Below, in pieces: positions 43,543-53,686 of a DNA stretch of 64,000 nucleotides (the first letter of the stretch is position 1; each line of letters begins with the position of its first letter). Below the pieces are notes generated by a model. That model made no database searches and was not told the origin of the DNA. It saw nothing but the letters and a program-made list of their open reading frames with translations. The position numbers were made by a program, and so were the translations under genes. This stretch comes from Bacteroidales bacterium (GTDB taxonomy: Bacteria; Bacteroidota; Bacteroidia; Bacteroidales; WCHB1-69). Location: positions 8,390 to 72,389 of the forward strand of contig JAFYNM010000009.1 in the NCBI GenBank assembly GCA_017549765.1. Reading direction: 5' to 3'.

Positions 43543-45420
43543 TTATGATTTGTTATTATTCAAATAAATCATAAGAACGGTGATATCGGAAGGACTGACT
43601 CCGCTGATGCGGGAGGCTTGACCCAAATTCATCGGCTTGGCCTTGGACAATTTCTCGCGCGCTTCCTTGGAAATGCTCTGAAGGGAGAAATAGTCGAAAT
43701 CGGATGATATTTTAATGTGGTCCAGCTGGGAAAACTTTTGAACTAACTGCTCTTCTTTTTGGATATAGTTCTCATATTTGATGCTGGTCTCAACATTGGT
43801 AATCTGCTCATCCGTGATATTATGATCTTGAAGGAACTGTGCAAATTCCGGGTCCGTGTCGATGATATCGTGAATGGTCAACTGCGGGCGCAGTAGAATC
43901 TGTGCCAATTTCACATTATGTATCAGTGTAGCGGAACTCTTGGCCTCAAGCATCTTGTTGAAAGGCTCCAATTTGGTCAAATGAGTTTGCATATACGCTT
44001 CTACATCCCGTTGCTGCCGGTACTTGGCTTCGAAGTCGGCAAATCTGATATCGTCAATCAATCCGAGATCGTGACCAATGGGCGTTAACCGTGCATCCGC
44101 ATTATCCTGGCGAAGAAGAATTCTGTATTCAGCCCTGGAGGTGAACATCCGATATGGATCCTGGACGCCTTTGGTGATAAGGTCGTCGATCAAGACACCA
44201 ATATAGGCTTGGGATCTCTTAAGGATTAAAGGTTCCTGACCATGCAAGGAAAGATGAGCATTGATGCCAGCCATCAGACCCTGGCAAGCGGCCTCCTCAT
44301 ATCCGGTAGTTCCGTTGACCTGTCCAGCAAGATAGAGATTGGGAATCAACTTGGACTCGAGGGTATAGTGCAATTGGGTCGGATCAAAATAGTCGTACTC
44401 GATGGCATATCCTGGTCGGAAAATCAAGGCATGTTCAAGTCCGGGAATCAGGTGCATAGCCTCCACCTGGATGTCTTCCGGAAGGGAAGAGGAAAAACCG
44501 TTGAGATAATATTCAACGGTATGTCGCCCTTCAGGCTCCAAGAAAAGCTGGTGTTGTTCCTTGTCGGAAAAACGTACTATCTTGTCTTCAATAGAGGGAC
44601 AATATCTCGGTCCAACACCTTGGATTCGTCCTTGAAAGAGGGGGGATTTTTCAAAACCCCGTTGCAGGACTTCATGAACTTGTGGGTTCGTATAGGTTAT
44701 CCAACAACTAAGTTGGTTCGTAACGGGAGTCGTATGCGCAAAAGAAAATGTCTGTGGATCTTCGTCGCCAGGTTGTTCAACAAGCTTAGAAAAATCTATG
44801 GTTCGACCGTCTATGCGAACAGGGGTGCCGGTTTTCAATTTTTTGGTATCAATACCTCTTTCTTTCAACTGATCGGAAAGTAAAAGGGAGGCGGACTCCC
44901 CTATCCTACCACCGGAGAAATTATACTCACCCACATGTATCCTACCATTCAAGAAAGTACCGTTTGTCAGGATGATTTTGGATGCAAAGAGGGTTTTACC
45001 TAATTGGGTTTTGACGCCTATCAACTGATCTCCCTCAAAGCATAATTGTGTGACAGTATCTTGGCGAAGGTGGAGGTTCGGGGTATGCTGGAGCACCGAC
45101 AACCAAAACAGGGAAAACTGAGTCTTGTCGCATTGGGCGCGGGGACTCCACATGGCCGGACCTTTGGAGCGTCCCAACATCCGGAATTGAATAGTCGTCT
45201 CGTCGGTAACCATACCAGACATTCCACCGAGCGCATCAATTTCCCGAAGAATTTGACCCTTGGCCACTCCGCCCATAGCCGGGTTGCAAGACATCTGGGC
45301 GACTAAAGCAAGGTTCATAGTGACCAGCAAGGTGCGACTGCCCAGGCGGGCCGCCGCAACCGCAGCCTCACATCCGGCATGACCTGCTCCCACCACTATG
45401 ATATCGAATCTGTCTTGCAT
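43543..45420 (-). CDS. mnmG: tRNA uridine 5-carboxymethylaminomethyl modification enzyme MnmG (GidA)
   Basis: FDIIVVGAGHAGCEAA FAD motif. 625 aa. Conserved blocks are GPRYCPSIEDK and QINGTTGYEEAA-like (AGQVNGTTGYEEAA). Confidence 0.95.
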   Translation of the reverse strand: MQDRFDIIVVGAGHAGCEAAVAAARLGSRTLLVTMNLALVAQMSCNPAMGGVAKGQILREIDALGGMSGMVTDETTIQFRMLGRSKGPAMWSPRAQCDKTQFSLFWLSVLQHTPNLHLRQDTVTQLCFEGDQLIGVKTQLGKTLFASKIILTNGTFLNGRIHVGEYNFSGGRIGESASLLLSDQLKERGIDTKKLKTGTPVRIDGRTIDFSKLVEQPGDEDPQTFSFAHTTPVTNQLSCWITYTNPQVHEVLQRGFEKSPLFQGRIQGVGPRYCPSIEDKIVRFSDKEQHQLFLEPEGRHTVEYYLNGFSSSLPEDIQVEAMHLIPGLEHALIFRPGYAIEYDYFDPTQLHYTLESKLIPNLYLAGQVNGTTGYEEAACQGLMAGINAHLSLHGQEPLILKRSQAYIGVLIDDLITKGVQDPYRMFTSRAEYRILLRQDNADARLTPIGHDLGLIDDIRFADFEAKYRQQRDVEAYMQTHLTKLEPFNKMLEAKSSATLIHNVKLAQILLRPQLTIHDIIDTDPEFAQFLQDHNITDEQITNVETSIKYENYIQKEEQLVQKFSQLDHIKISSDFDYFSLQSISKEAREKLSKAKPMNLGQASRISGVSPSDITVLMIYLNNNKS

Positions 45421-45464
45421 GTTCTACGTAAAACTCTTAAGATATTGTTTTTTAAATCAGGGAT

Positions 45465-45890
45465 TTATACGTCAAACTGTTCTCTAAACAAAACCATGTA
45501 TCGATTCTCCAACTGGCGCATCTGGGCGGCTTCTTCTTCTGTTTTATCCTTATATCCGCACAGGTGCAACACCCCATGTACAATGACCCGAAGCATCTCA
45601 TCGGAGAAGGTTGTATGTAAAAGTTCGGCATTTTCTCGCACGCGCTCCACGCTGATCAAGATCTCGCCAGAGACACAATCCACCACCCCATTGTCAAAAG
45701 TGATGATATCCGTTAAGGTGTCATGTTGCAAAAAATGAAGGTTTCGCTCCAACAAATAAGCATCATCACAAAAGAGATATTGAATATCCCCAGGCTGCAA
45801 TTTCTCCTGACGGATTACCGCTTTCAGCCAACTTTTATGTCGAACTGTAGGTGTGAAGTCAAATGGTGTCTGAAAAGAAAACTGAATCAT
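45465..45890 (-). CDS. ybeY: rRNA maturation RNase YbeY
   Basis: HGVLHLCGYKD zinc-binding motif. 141 aa. Confidence 0.9.
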   Translation of the reverse strand: MIQFSFQTPFDFTPTVRHKSWLKAVIRQEKLQPGDIQYLFCDDAYLLERNLHFLQHDTLTDIITFDNGVVDCVSGEILISVERVRENAELLHTTFSDEMLRVIVHGVLHLCGYKDKTEEEAAQMRQLENRYMVLFREQFDV

Positions 45891-46942
45891 AGGGAAGGGA
45901 TGAAGATTTTTCGTGTCACAGAACCATTTCTGTCATCATAGCGTACAATATAGACTCCCGTACTCTTCAATCCCACAGGAAGGGAGACGTGGGCTTCTTG
46001 ACCACTCAGTTTGGTCTGCCAAAGACATTGTCCTTGCAGGGAATATAGGGTGATTTGAGACGGCAAAACCGGGTCTGTAGCGATCTCCAACTGTCCATTG
46101 GAAACATTGTATTGAATTTGAATATTGGACGCGGTATGGCTGGTCACAGCCGTGGAATCCGTGTCCGGCATGGAATCTGTCACGACAAACCAACGGGCAA
46201 GACTGTCAAAGACATTCTGTCGGACCGCATCCCGTATGATTTGGGTGGTAGTATGATCCAAAGATGTTTCATAGGTAATCTGCGTGGGATCCTTTTGAAA
46301 GAGGACAGTATAGAAGCTGCAGGCGGCGGCATAGGTACCAGCCAAGGACGGATGGCTCTCATCGGCAGCATATAATTCAATGGACGGATACTGATCTCGA
46401 ATACGATGCCACACATACCCGACAGGACAAACCCAGGCTTGGTTGTCTTGGGCCATCATCATGTAGCGCGCATACAAAAGACTGTCCATTCCTTCGTAAG
46501 TCCCAAGGGGTGGATAATAAACGGCATTCTGCTGGTCTCCGTTCTTGCGACCCCAGGTCATGTAAAAAACAATGTGGGCATTTGGATTGTACTGGCGGAT
46601 CATCTCACACAACTGCTGGGCATAGGGATATGATTCGTTCATGAATTGACCGATCGGAAAAGATGGCAGCTGGCTCTGCTCTTGCAAAACTACATAATCC
46701 CAGCCACCTGACTGGATATAAGAGGCGGCACCGGAGACGTGTTGCTGGAATGTGCATCCTCCCGGCGTGTAGCTCTGAAAAGAGATAGTGTCGTGATTCG
46801 AGGCTGCCATGTCGGCCACCATCTGCGGCAGATTGTTAACCTCTGTATAGCTGTTCCCAATAAAAAGAACCTTGTATGACTGCCCAAAAAGTCCTGAAAG
46901 GGATATCAGGCAAACAACTATCAAAAGCAGAAAAGATCTCAT
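45887..46942 (-). CDS. SGNH/DUF4886-like hydrolase-fold protein with a T9SS C-terminal sorting domain
   Basis: Signal peptide. The FIGNSYT block is typical of SGNH-like folds. The C-terminal CTD is ITLYSLQGQCLWQ...GVYIVRYDD. Confidence 0.65.
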   Translation of the reverse strand: MRSFLLLIVVCLISLSGLFGQSYKVLFIGNSYTEVNNLPQMVADMAASNHDTISFQSYTPGGCTFQQHVSGAASYIQSGGWDYVVLQEQSQLPSFPIGQFMNESYPYAQQLCEMIRQYNPNAHIVFYMTWGRKNGDQQNAVYYPPLGTYEGMDSLLYARYMMMAQDNQAWVCPVGYVWHRIRDQYPSIELYAADESHPSLAGTYAAACSFYTVLFQKDPTQITYETSLDHTTTQIIRDAVRQNVFDSLARWFVVTDSMPDTDSTAVTSHTASNIQIQYNVSNGQLEIATDPVLPSQITLYSLQGQCLWQTKLSGQEAHVSLPVGLKSTGVYIVRYDDRNGSVTRKIFIPSL

Positions 46943-47361
46943 AGACTGGATTCTTTGGATTGAAGAACGGTTTGCTGGACCAATCGTTTGACAGATTGAT
47001 GGGGTTTTACGTAAAAATTTATTGTAAGAGATTGATAATCAGTATCTAATACCAAGTCGTCGATTAAAAGACCCCAAATATTGTCTTCTTTGATTTCAGT
47101 GTCCATATCCTCCACAAAATGGAAAAGCGGATCTTGGGAGGAATAGGTGAAAACGAGAAGATTGCCCTCCACATGGGCATTCACATCCAGTGAAAAGTCA
47201 CTCCCCTGCCCTAACAAATGATCGATGATGGATTGATTGGCCATCTCTATGATTCCCCTTTGGTCAGACAGGGCATATTTATCACATAGGTACTCAATCA
47301 TAGAGAGCGTCTTGCGGTAAATATTCTCCTGGTTTAATTCGTTTAATTCAAAATATATCAT
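46939..47361 (-). CDS. hypothetical cytoplasmic protein (140 aa)
   Basis: ORF only. It overlaps its operon neighbour by 4 nt, suggesting translational coupling. No family recognised. Confidence 0.5.
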   Translation of the reverse strand: MIYFELNELNQENIYRKTLSMIEYLCDKYALSDQRGIIEMANQSIIDHLLGQGSDFSLDVNAHVEGNLLVFTYSSQDPLFHFVEDMDTEIKEDNIWGLLIDDLVLDTDYQSLTINFYVKPHQSVKRLVQQTVLQSKESSL

Positions 47362-47372
47362 ATAAGTGTCTT

Positions 47373-50300
47373 TTAATCAATATTATAAAAATATTCGTTT
47401 GCCTTCTCCTTGTAATAGTGGTTCAGGTCGGCAGGAACAGAACGCAACATTTCATTCTGCTGTTGATGATCCACGTCAAAATTCCAGTCTTTGGGTGGAT
47501 TTAACTGAGGCACATACTTGGCCTCATTGGATTTTCTCTCCTCGTCTTTCTCCTTCTCAATATCGGCTCTCTCGCTCTTTAAAAGGCGTGTGGTGATAGA
47601 TTGCTGGCGTTGGATGGTTTGTTGCGTCAGGGTGCGGTTTACAAGCTCTTTTTCGGTCTTTTTCATGTCGTTGATCAACTGCTCCAAAGAACGGTCCCCT
47701 ACTCCATTCTCAGATTTGACCTCATTGTTATAGTCTTCCAGCATCTTGCGAATAGCCTCCTGCTGGGCCGCCATCTTGGCAAACTTCTCACTCATCTGCT
47801 GCTGTTGACCTGTCTGCCCCTGCTGTCCTTGCTGATCCATACTCTTCTTCAAAGCTTCCATCTGGCGGTTCAACTGTTGTTGCAATTCTCTCGCAGAGGT
47901 CTTCTTGCTCTTTCCCTTACCGCCTGGCTTGCTACAAGATCCATTGCCCGATTTGTTGCATTTGGACTTGCATTCCTCTTTCTTTTTCTGCATCTCCTGC
48001 AAAGATTCTGTCAACATCAAGGCCAAATTATTCATACTGGTAAGGGCAAACTGCTGATTTTTGGCCGCATTGGGCAACCTCCGGTCGTTTAAGTCGGTCT
48101 GAGTGGAACTCAAATAGTCCTCTATTTTCGTGACTTCCTTTTGAATAAAAGGCTTTACTGACATCTGCCGACGCGCCAGCGCATTCAAGGAATCGGCGAT
48201 GTGCGCCATATCATTCTTGACCTGGAACTGGTTCCGCATCAAATTAGATGCGGATGCAGACCGAGAAGGGGTCTTCTGCGTGGAGATCATGACAGACTCC
48301 TGGTTGAAGGATATCTTAACCAAATTATCCAAGATCTGGCGTAATGTCTCGATGTCTTCGGAAACACTTTCCAACTCGCTTTCATTGAAGTCTTGCTCCA
48401 ACTGATTGGCCAACTGCTCCATCTTTTCAGAAGCACTCTTCTGGTTATCGGAAGATTTGGATCTGTTGTTCTTGTCCAGATTCTGCTTGCTCTGCTGTAA
48501 TTGATTGTCTATCTGCTGCTGCAACTCCTGCGTATCCTTGAACTTGGTGGGTTCCTCCAATTCCTGGTTCATCCGCATCATCTCCTGAATGTCTTTTTTG
48601 ACCTCCTGATACTTCTCTTGTATCTGTTGCTGCTTTTGCTGGACTTGATCTTTGGAAATACTCTTATTTTCTGTATTATTTGCGTTTTTATCCAGTTCTT
48701 CCGACAATTTTCGCAGGTTATCGATCGCTTCGTTCAATTTTTTCTCTACCTCCAGTTGTTTGTATAACTGTAATTGCTGATCCAGTGTCTTGTTGATGTC
48801 TTCCGTGTTGTTTTTTAACTTCTCCACCTGCTTCTGAACCTCATCCTTCTTCGCAGACTGATCCATCATCTGCTGAAGTTTGTTCATCATCTCTTTCATT
48901 TCGTCAGACAAGACATCCTCCATTCGTTTTTGGAGCTCTTGTTGTTTCTTCAAAATCTCATCCTGAACATCTTTATACTGAGATTCAATGGCTTGGTTGT
49001 TCTTTTGCTGATTCTGCAGCTTATTCAGGGCTTCTTTCAGTTCATTAAATTGATTCATCAGCTGCTCCAACTTTTTCTTGTCCTGCCAACTCAGTTCCTT
49101 CTCCTGAATCATCTGCTTCTGCAACTTCTCGATGTCTTTCATCAACTGAGCGGATTCCGCCACCAAGTTAGAGAAATCGGACATGGTCTCCTTTTCAGAT
49201 TTTTCCAAATCCTGATTGATCTCCTCAAGCGTCTTGACACGATAGGTGGAAGTGGAGGATTTGGCAGATTTATGACCATTAACACCATCGTTATCAAAAA
49301 CTTGGAAATAATAGTTGATTTTTTCTCCCGGTTTTAGATCAAAGGTGTTCGCATCGAAATAATAGTAGAAATCCTGCAAGGTTACCGAGTTCTGAATAGC
49401 AATGTTTACCACTTGGCCCTGCTTGGTCAAACGACCCTCGGCATCATAACAATCATAAACAAACTGAAGCTTGGAAAAGCCATAGTCGTCTTTAATATTG
49501 CCTTTGAAATAGTATCGTTCACTATAGGCTGAATCCTGCTGACTCATCACCATGATTTCCGGATACATATCTTTGATCACGGTAATGATGTCAGAAATGG
49601 TATCTTTGCTGGTAAAATAGGAGTTCTTATTAAAAAGAGCATACGAAAAAGAGTTTTTCGCAACTTTTTGGAACACAAATTGGTCATTTTCTGAAGAAAT
49701 AGTCTTCTTTTCATCATCTACAATGAAAATCAAATTATCCGAATTCTTCGTGAAAAATTTCCATTCGATACGGGTTCCTTCAGGAACGGTGGCGTTGCCG
49801 ATGTTTTCCAATACCTCATCCGGTTTATTGAGATAAGAAGGGTAGTGGAGTTGCATTTCATAACCGATGGTGACAGGTTTTGGCAAGACTTCAACAGAGT
49901 ACGTCAAAGAGGTAACCTCATCCGTAAGTAATTGAAAATCCAAACTTTGCTGAATATTGGAAAAAGTATAGTCGTATTCAGTATTGGAAATCTTATTGCA
50001 TTTATAGGTCCTGTTTTTATACTTGATAAAAATCTCTTCCGGCACCTCATCGCCTTCCACCTTCATTTTGACAGTAAAATCATCGTGTTGGAAAGCGCGC
50101 AGGGAAGGATTGGTTACAACGAGAGAGTAGGGGGCAGGTTTCTCATATTCTGTGCTATAATGCACGATACGTTGGGTTGGTTCAATAAAAAGATCCTTTT
50201 TAAAAGCAAAGAGAATCAAGAAAAGGAGAATAGGAATCAAGGCAAAACGGGCGAACTTCTTGGTCTTGTCGAAAGGAATGGCCTGTATAAAAGAAAAAGG

Positions 50301-50729
50301 CTTCAACGATTCGATCTTGGAATCGATGGCAGCCGATAGAAGATCATAGCTTTTATAATCGCCTTTTTCCAATTGCTTTTGTAACTCAAACAAATTCAAT
50401 AGTTTGTCATCTATCTCCTCAAAGTGAGTGCCTATTATTTTGGCAATTTCATCCTGACTGAGTTGCTTTCCCAAACCAGCAATTTTGGTAAGAGGAATAA
50501 CCAAATAGGCAATTAATGTGGCGAGACTCAATGCAATGAAAGAGAAGAAGAGAATGGTACGGACAATGGTATTTGAGTAAGAAAAATATTCAAACAGGGA
50601 AAACAAGATAAAAACAGACAGAAGAATAAGCACCAGATAGACAAGTCCTCTGTAGAACTTATTCAGATAAAACTGTTTTAAAAACTGATTTATCTTATCC
50701 TGTAATATTTGACTATTAGATGATTGCAT
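47373..50729 (-). CDS. large membrane-anchored, Q/K/E-rich coiled-coil protein (DUF4175-like)
   Basis: Two or three N-terminal TM helices (LVYLVLILLSVFILFSLF, ILFFSFIALSLATLIAYLVI), then a beta-rich middle and a long low-complexity coiled coil. The start is moved to MQSSNSQ (50729) because the track start overlaps the upstream gene by 113 nt. Confidence 0.6.
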   Translation of the reverse strand: MQSSNSQILQDKINQFLKQFYLNKFYRGLVYLVLILLSVFILFSLFEYFSYSNTIVRTILFFSFIALSLATLIAYLVIPLTKIAGLGKQLSQDEIAKIIGTHFEEIDDKLLNLFELQKQLEKGDYKSYDLLSAAIDSKIESLKPFSFIQAIPFDKTKKFARFALIPILLFLILFAFKKDLFIEPTQRIVHYSTEYEKPAPYSLVVTNPSLRAFQHDDFTVKMKVEGDEVPEEIFIKYKNRTYKCNKISNTEYDYTFSNIQQSLDFQLLTDEVTSLTYSVEVLPKPVTIGYEMQLHYPSYLNKPDEVLENIGNATVPEGTRIEWKFFTKNSDNLIFIVDDEKKTISSENDQFVFQKVAKNSFSYALFNKNSYFTSKDTISDIITVIKDMYPEIMVMSQQDSAYSERYYFKGNIKDDYGFSKLQFVYDCYDAEGRLTKQGQVVNIAIQNSVTLQDFYYYFDANTFDLKPGEKINYYFQVFDNDGVNGHKSAKSSTSTYRVKTLEEINQDLEKSEKETMSDFSNLVAESAQLMKDIEKLQKQMIQEKELSWQDKKKLEQLMNQFNELKEALNKLQNQQKNNQAIESQYKDVQDEILKKQQELQKRMEDVLSDEMKEMMNKLQQMMDQSAKKDEVQKQVEKLKNNTEDINKTLDQQLQLYKQLEVEKKLNEAIDNLRKLSEELDKNANNTENKSISKDQVQQKQQQIQEKYQEVKKDIQEMMRMNQELEEPTKFKDTQELQQQIDNQLQQSKQNLDKNNRSKSSDNQKSASEKMEQLANQLEQDFNESELESVSEDIETLRQILDNLVKISFNQESVMISTQKTPSRSASASNLMRNQFQVKNDMAHIADSLNALARRQMSVKPFIQKEVTKIEDYLSSTQTDLNDRRLPNAAKNQQFALTSMNNLALMLTESLQEMQKKKEECKSKCNKSGNGSCSKPGGKGKSKKTSARELQQQLNRQMEALKKSMDQQGQQGQTGQQQQMSEKFAKMAAQQEAIRKMLEDYNNEVKSENGVGDRSLEQLINDMKKTEKELVNRTLTQQTIQRQQSITTRLLKSERADIEKEKDEERKSNEAKYVPQLNPPKDWNFDVDHQQQNEMLRSVPADLNHYYKEKANEYFYNID

Positions 50730-51816
50730 TATTCTCCTCAGGTTCTGTACTGTTTTCTTCTTCTTTAATAGCAAAGTAGGTAGACTTGTTTCGATTGAAA
50801 TAGTTTTGAAGTTGTTTGTTTTTTCCAAACATCAACTTCATGAACAATTTATACAAAAAGAAATTGGAAGTCTTATTAAGCTTTGATCTCTTGCTGAAAA
50901 TCTTGAAAAGGTAGTTACTTTTCCAATTGGTGAAATTGCTGTCCACAATATTCATTTCATAGGAAAGTAAGTCGGTAAGGGGAATATTGACCGGACAAAC
51001 TTCCTGGCACATCCCGCAAAGGGTTGTCTGTTTAAAGATGTTTTGGGTTCTGTTATATTCGTCGAGACAATTCTTTTTCACAATATCAATGGGAGACAGA
51101 TTGGTAGTTTTGGCTACCGGACAAACCTCTTGACAACGGTTGCAATGGATACAGAATACAGAACTGACCAGAAAATCGTCTTCCAAGAGAGGATCCATAT
51201 TGGTTGTGTTTGCATATAAAATAACTGACACATTGATATTCAGCGTATTATAACCTTTAGTGTCCGTAGAAATAAAGGGATCGGGAATAATTTGGGTCAG
51301 ATTGGAGCGAATGATTTTAACGTCTTGTGGAAAATCGGAATTGTTATTGTTCTTGATATGAAGAAACACCGGCAGCTCTGAGTGATGGAGTATGACTTGA
51401 TCGAGATTGACAATCACGATGATATTATTGGCGAAGTTGAAGCAAGATTGAGTCTGTTTATCCACAAATACGAGAGAGCCGTCGCTGACGACGGCGAAAT
51501 CGGCATCCACAATCAGGGCATCCACATTAAATTCCCTATTGACCAAGGATGAAATCTGGCATTCATTGAGGTTTTCTTGTGGAGGAAAAATATTCTGGCG
51601 GTTCTGCACATCAACACAAACCTTGTTGTAGGATTTTTGGGGAAGAAGGTTATGGATATGCTCAGCCAGCGACTCAGGGTTGTGTGCCCATTCCACAGTG
51701 AATCCGTTATTGTTCAATGCAGACTCAAGGGCCAGCACATTTTTCTCCATGTCTTTGAAATACAAAGACCTATAATAATGGGCATATTCTCTTATATCTT
51801 GCGAGATTTCATTCAT
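50716..51816 (-). CDS. LUD-domain / 4Fe-4S dicluster protein (LutB-like)
   Basis: Two ferredoxin-type clusters, CIHCNRCQEVCPV and CGMCQEVCPV, follow a LUD-like N-terminal domain. Confidence 0.6.
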   Translation of the reverse strand: MNEISQDIREYAHYYRSLYFKDMEKNVLALESALNNNGFTVEWAHNPESLAEHIHNLLPQKSYNKVCVDVQNRQNIFPPQENLNECQISSLVNREFNVDALIVDADFAVVSDGSLVFVDKQTQSCFNFANNIIVIVNLDQVILHHSELPVFLHIKNNNNSDFPQDVKIIRSNLTQIIPDPFISTDTKGYNTLNINVSVILYANTTNMDPLLEDDFLVSSVFCIHCNRCQEVCPVAKTTNLSPIDIVKKNCLDEYNRTQNIFKQTTLCGMCQEVCPVNIPLTDLLSYEMNIVDSNFTNWKSNYLFKIFSKRSKLNKTSNFFLYKLFMKLMFGKNKQLQNYFNRNKSTYFAIKEEENSTEPEENNAII

Positions 51817-51827
51817 GACAGACAGCC

Positions 51828-52253
51828 TTAAAGGTTAATTTTTTCGACTCGGCGCTGGTGACGGCCGCCTTCGAAGTCGGTGCTGAAAAAAGCCTCCATA
51901 ATCTCAGCGGCGGTGTGTTCGCTGATAAAACGGGCCGGCATCACCAAGATGTTGGCGTTATTATGCTGACGAACCAGCTTGGCAATGTCAGGGTGCCAGC
52001 AGAGACCGGCGCGTATGTCCTGATGCTTGTTGGCACACATGGCCATGCCATTGCCTGTTCCACAGATGAGGATGCCGAAAGGAAACTCTTGAGAGGCCAC
52101 CCTTTCAGACAACGGATGTGCGAAGTCGGGATAATCCACACTCTCTTCAGAGAAAGTACCCAGATCCTCAAACTCCAATTTGCCTGAAAACAATATCTTC
52201 ATTCTCTCTTTTAAGTCGTATCCAGCGTGATCAGAAGCGATTATAACTTTCAT
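51828..52253 (-). CDS. rpiB: ribose-5-phosphate isomerase B
   Basis: MKVIIASDHAGYDLK, ILICGTGNGMAMCANK and GGRHQRRV. Confidence 0.9.
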   Translation of the reverse strand: MKVIIASDHAGYDLKERMKILFSGKLEFEDLGTFSEESVDYPDFAHPLSERVASQEFPFGILICGTGNGMAMCANKHQDIRAGLCWHPDIAKLVRQHNNANILVMPARFISEHTAAEIMEAFFSTDFEGGRHQRRVEKINL

Positions 52254-52277
52254 CTTAGTGTATTTTTATTAAGTCTG

Positions 52278-52285
52278 CAAAAATA
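52278..52285 (-). promoter_or_regulatory. -7 box TATTTTTG for the rpiB-to-mnmG minus-strand gene string
   Basis: The plus strand reads CAAAAATA, 25 nt upstream of the start at 52253. Confidence 0.55.
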
Positions 52286-52513
52286 CAAAAAATAGAACGT
52301 TTCGTATCACAAAAACTCTTTTAGTTTTCCCTTATCTTTTTCCTATTATTTTTGAATAATGATATATTATTTCTGTTGATAGGTTGATAAAAAAAACAGG
52401 GATTTTATTGACTTTTTGAGTTATCAATTTTAATCAACAATTTTATTGCCTGGAGGAAATTATTATCCTTTTCATTTTGAAGATGTTTTATATTTCCAAA
52501 AAAAGTTTTCATT

Positions 52514-52597
52514 TTTTTTCGTTGAAAACTTGTGGTAAAAAACAACCCTTTTTTCGTTGAAAAGAAGTGTTGAAAATTGGCCGTTTTTTTCGATAAA
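52514..52597 (+). repeat. three direct repeats TTTTTTCGTTGAAAA / TTTTTTCGTTGAAAA / TTTTTTTCGATAAA spaced ~35-36 bp apart
   Basis: Read directly at 52514-52528, 52549-52563 and 52584-52597. Confidence 0.75.
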
Positions 52598-52875
52598 TTT
52601 CTTTATCATTTTTTTTGAACAAGGTAATGAAACCGTAACTTCAACTTTTCTGAAAACTCGCTTGTTTATTAACTTTTGGTTGTTAATAAAACTTAATTTT
52701 CAAAAAATCAACGGCTTATATTTCATTCCTTTTCCTTATAATTTTTCTAGACTATTTTGCGAATATTTTATCTCATTTTTTTTAGGCAAAAGTATAAAAT
52801 ATTTGAGTCAATCTGCGGTTATATATATTCTGTTTATATAAAGATAATACATTAAGTAATAAAAGAAGAATTGAC

Positions 52876-52883
52876 TATCTTTG
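52876..52883 (+). promoter_or_regulatory. -7 box TATCTTTG before the CarboxypepD_reg-like gene
   Basis: Matches TAnnTTTG. It lies inside the track's TTG-started ORF and only 6 nt before the in-frame GTG. Confidence 0.45.
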
Positions 52884-52888
52884 CCGCC

Positions 52889-53683
52889 GTGAAAAAACAT
52901 GCCTTCATATTATGTTGTTTGTTGATCTTGATGATGGGATCTTTTGCGCAGCGTACCAACTATTCAGCCAGGGTGTTTGATGGGGTCACCTACCAGCCTC
53001 TGGATGGAGCCAGTGTTTATAACAGCAACACGCGAAAATTTGCCTTTACAGACAAATCTGGAAGATTCAACATAGCAGTGAAGGAAAAAGACACGCTGAT
53101 CATTTCCAAATCCGTGTATCGGCAGCTGGTATTCATCATCAATGAGAATGTGTTGAAATACAAGGATGATATTTTCCTCTATTACAAGGCAACCATGCTC
53201 AAGGAGGTTCGTATCATAGCCATTAATCCATCATACGAAGGTTTCAAGAAAGACATTGTCACCTTGGAATTGCCTGATTATTATAAGAAAGCGCAGGATG
53301 TGAAGCTCTCGGAGATGGACAAGGCCAATATCCGGTACAGTCAGAATCCCAACGGTAATATTCTGTCTTTAGGCGGGACGGCCACGATGTCGCCCATCTC
53401 CTTCTTGTACGAAAAATACAACCGAAAAGCCCAGATGCAGCGATTGTACAATGAGATGAGCAGTTATGAGGATGAGTTGGACCAAGTACAGGAAAAATAC
53501 AATCGCGAGATAGTAAAAGAGTTGACAGGTCTGGAAGGAGACGAACTGTTGGATTTCATGACCTATTGTCATTTCAGTTACTATGATTTGGTTCGTTGGG
53601 ACCGCGAAAATATAGCCTCTCAGGTGAAGAATAAATTCTTCTCCTACCAATACGACAAAGTGTATAACCAATCCAATCATTAG
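52889..53683 (+). CDS. carboxypeptidase-regulatory-like domain protein (secreted)
   Basis: A GTG start gives the signal peptide VKKHAFILCCLLILMMGSFAQ. ARVFDGVTYQPLDGASVYNSNTRKFAFTDKSGRFNI is the CarboxypepD_reg fold pattern. The start codon is uncertain. Confidence 0.6.
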   Translation: MKKHAFILCCLLILMMGSFAQRTNYSARVFDGVTYQPLDGASVYNSNTRKFAFTDKSGRFNIAVKEKDTLIISKSVYRQLVFIINENVLKYKDDIFLYYKATMLKEVRIIAINPSYEGFKKDIVTLELPDYYKKAQDVKLSEMDKANIRYSQNPNGNILSLGGTATMSPISFLYEKYNRKAQMQRLYNEMSSYEDELDQVQEKYNREIVKELTGLEGDELLDFMTYCHFSYYDLVRWDRENIASQVKNKFFSYQYDKVYNQSNH

Positions 53684-53686
53684 AAT

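Noticed and set aside
52557-52841. 94-aa ORF in the AT-rich rpiB-upstream spacer, and the 88-aa ORF 41915..42181
   Set aside because: Both are F/I/L/K-rich translations of AT-rich low-complexity DNA. They start with non-ATG codons, cross repeat motifs and promoter boxes, and have no plausible signal or domain.
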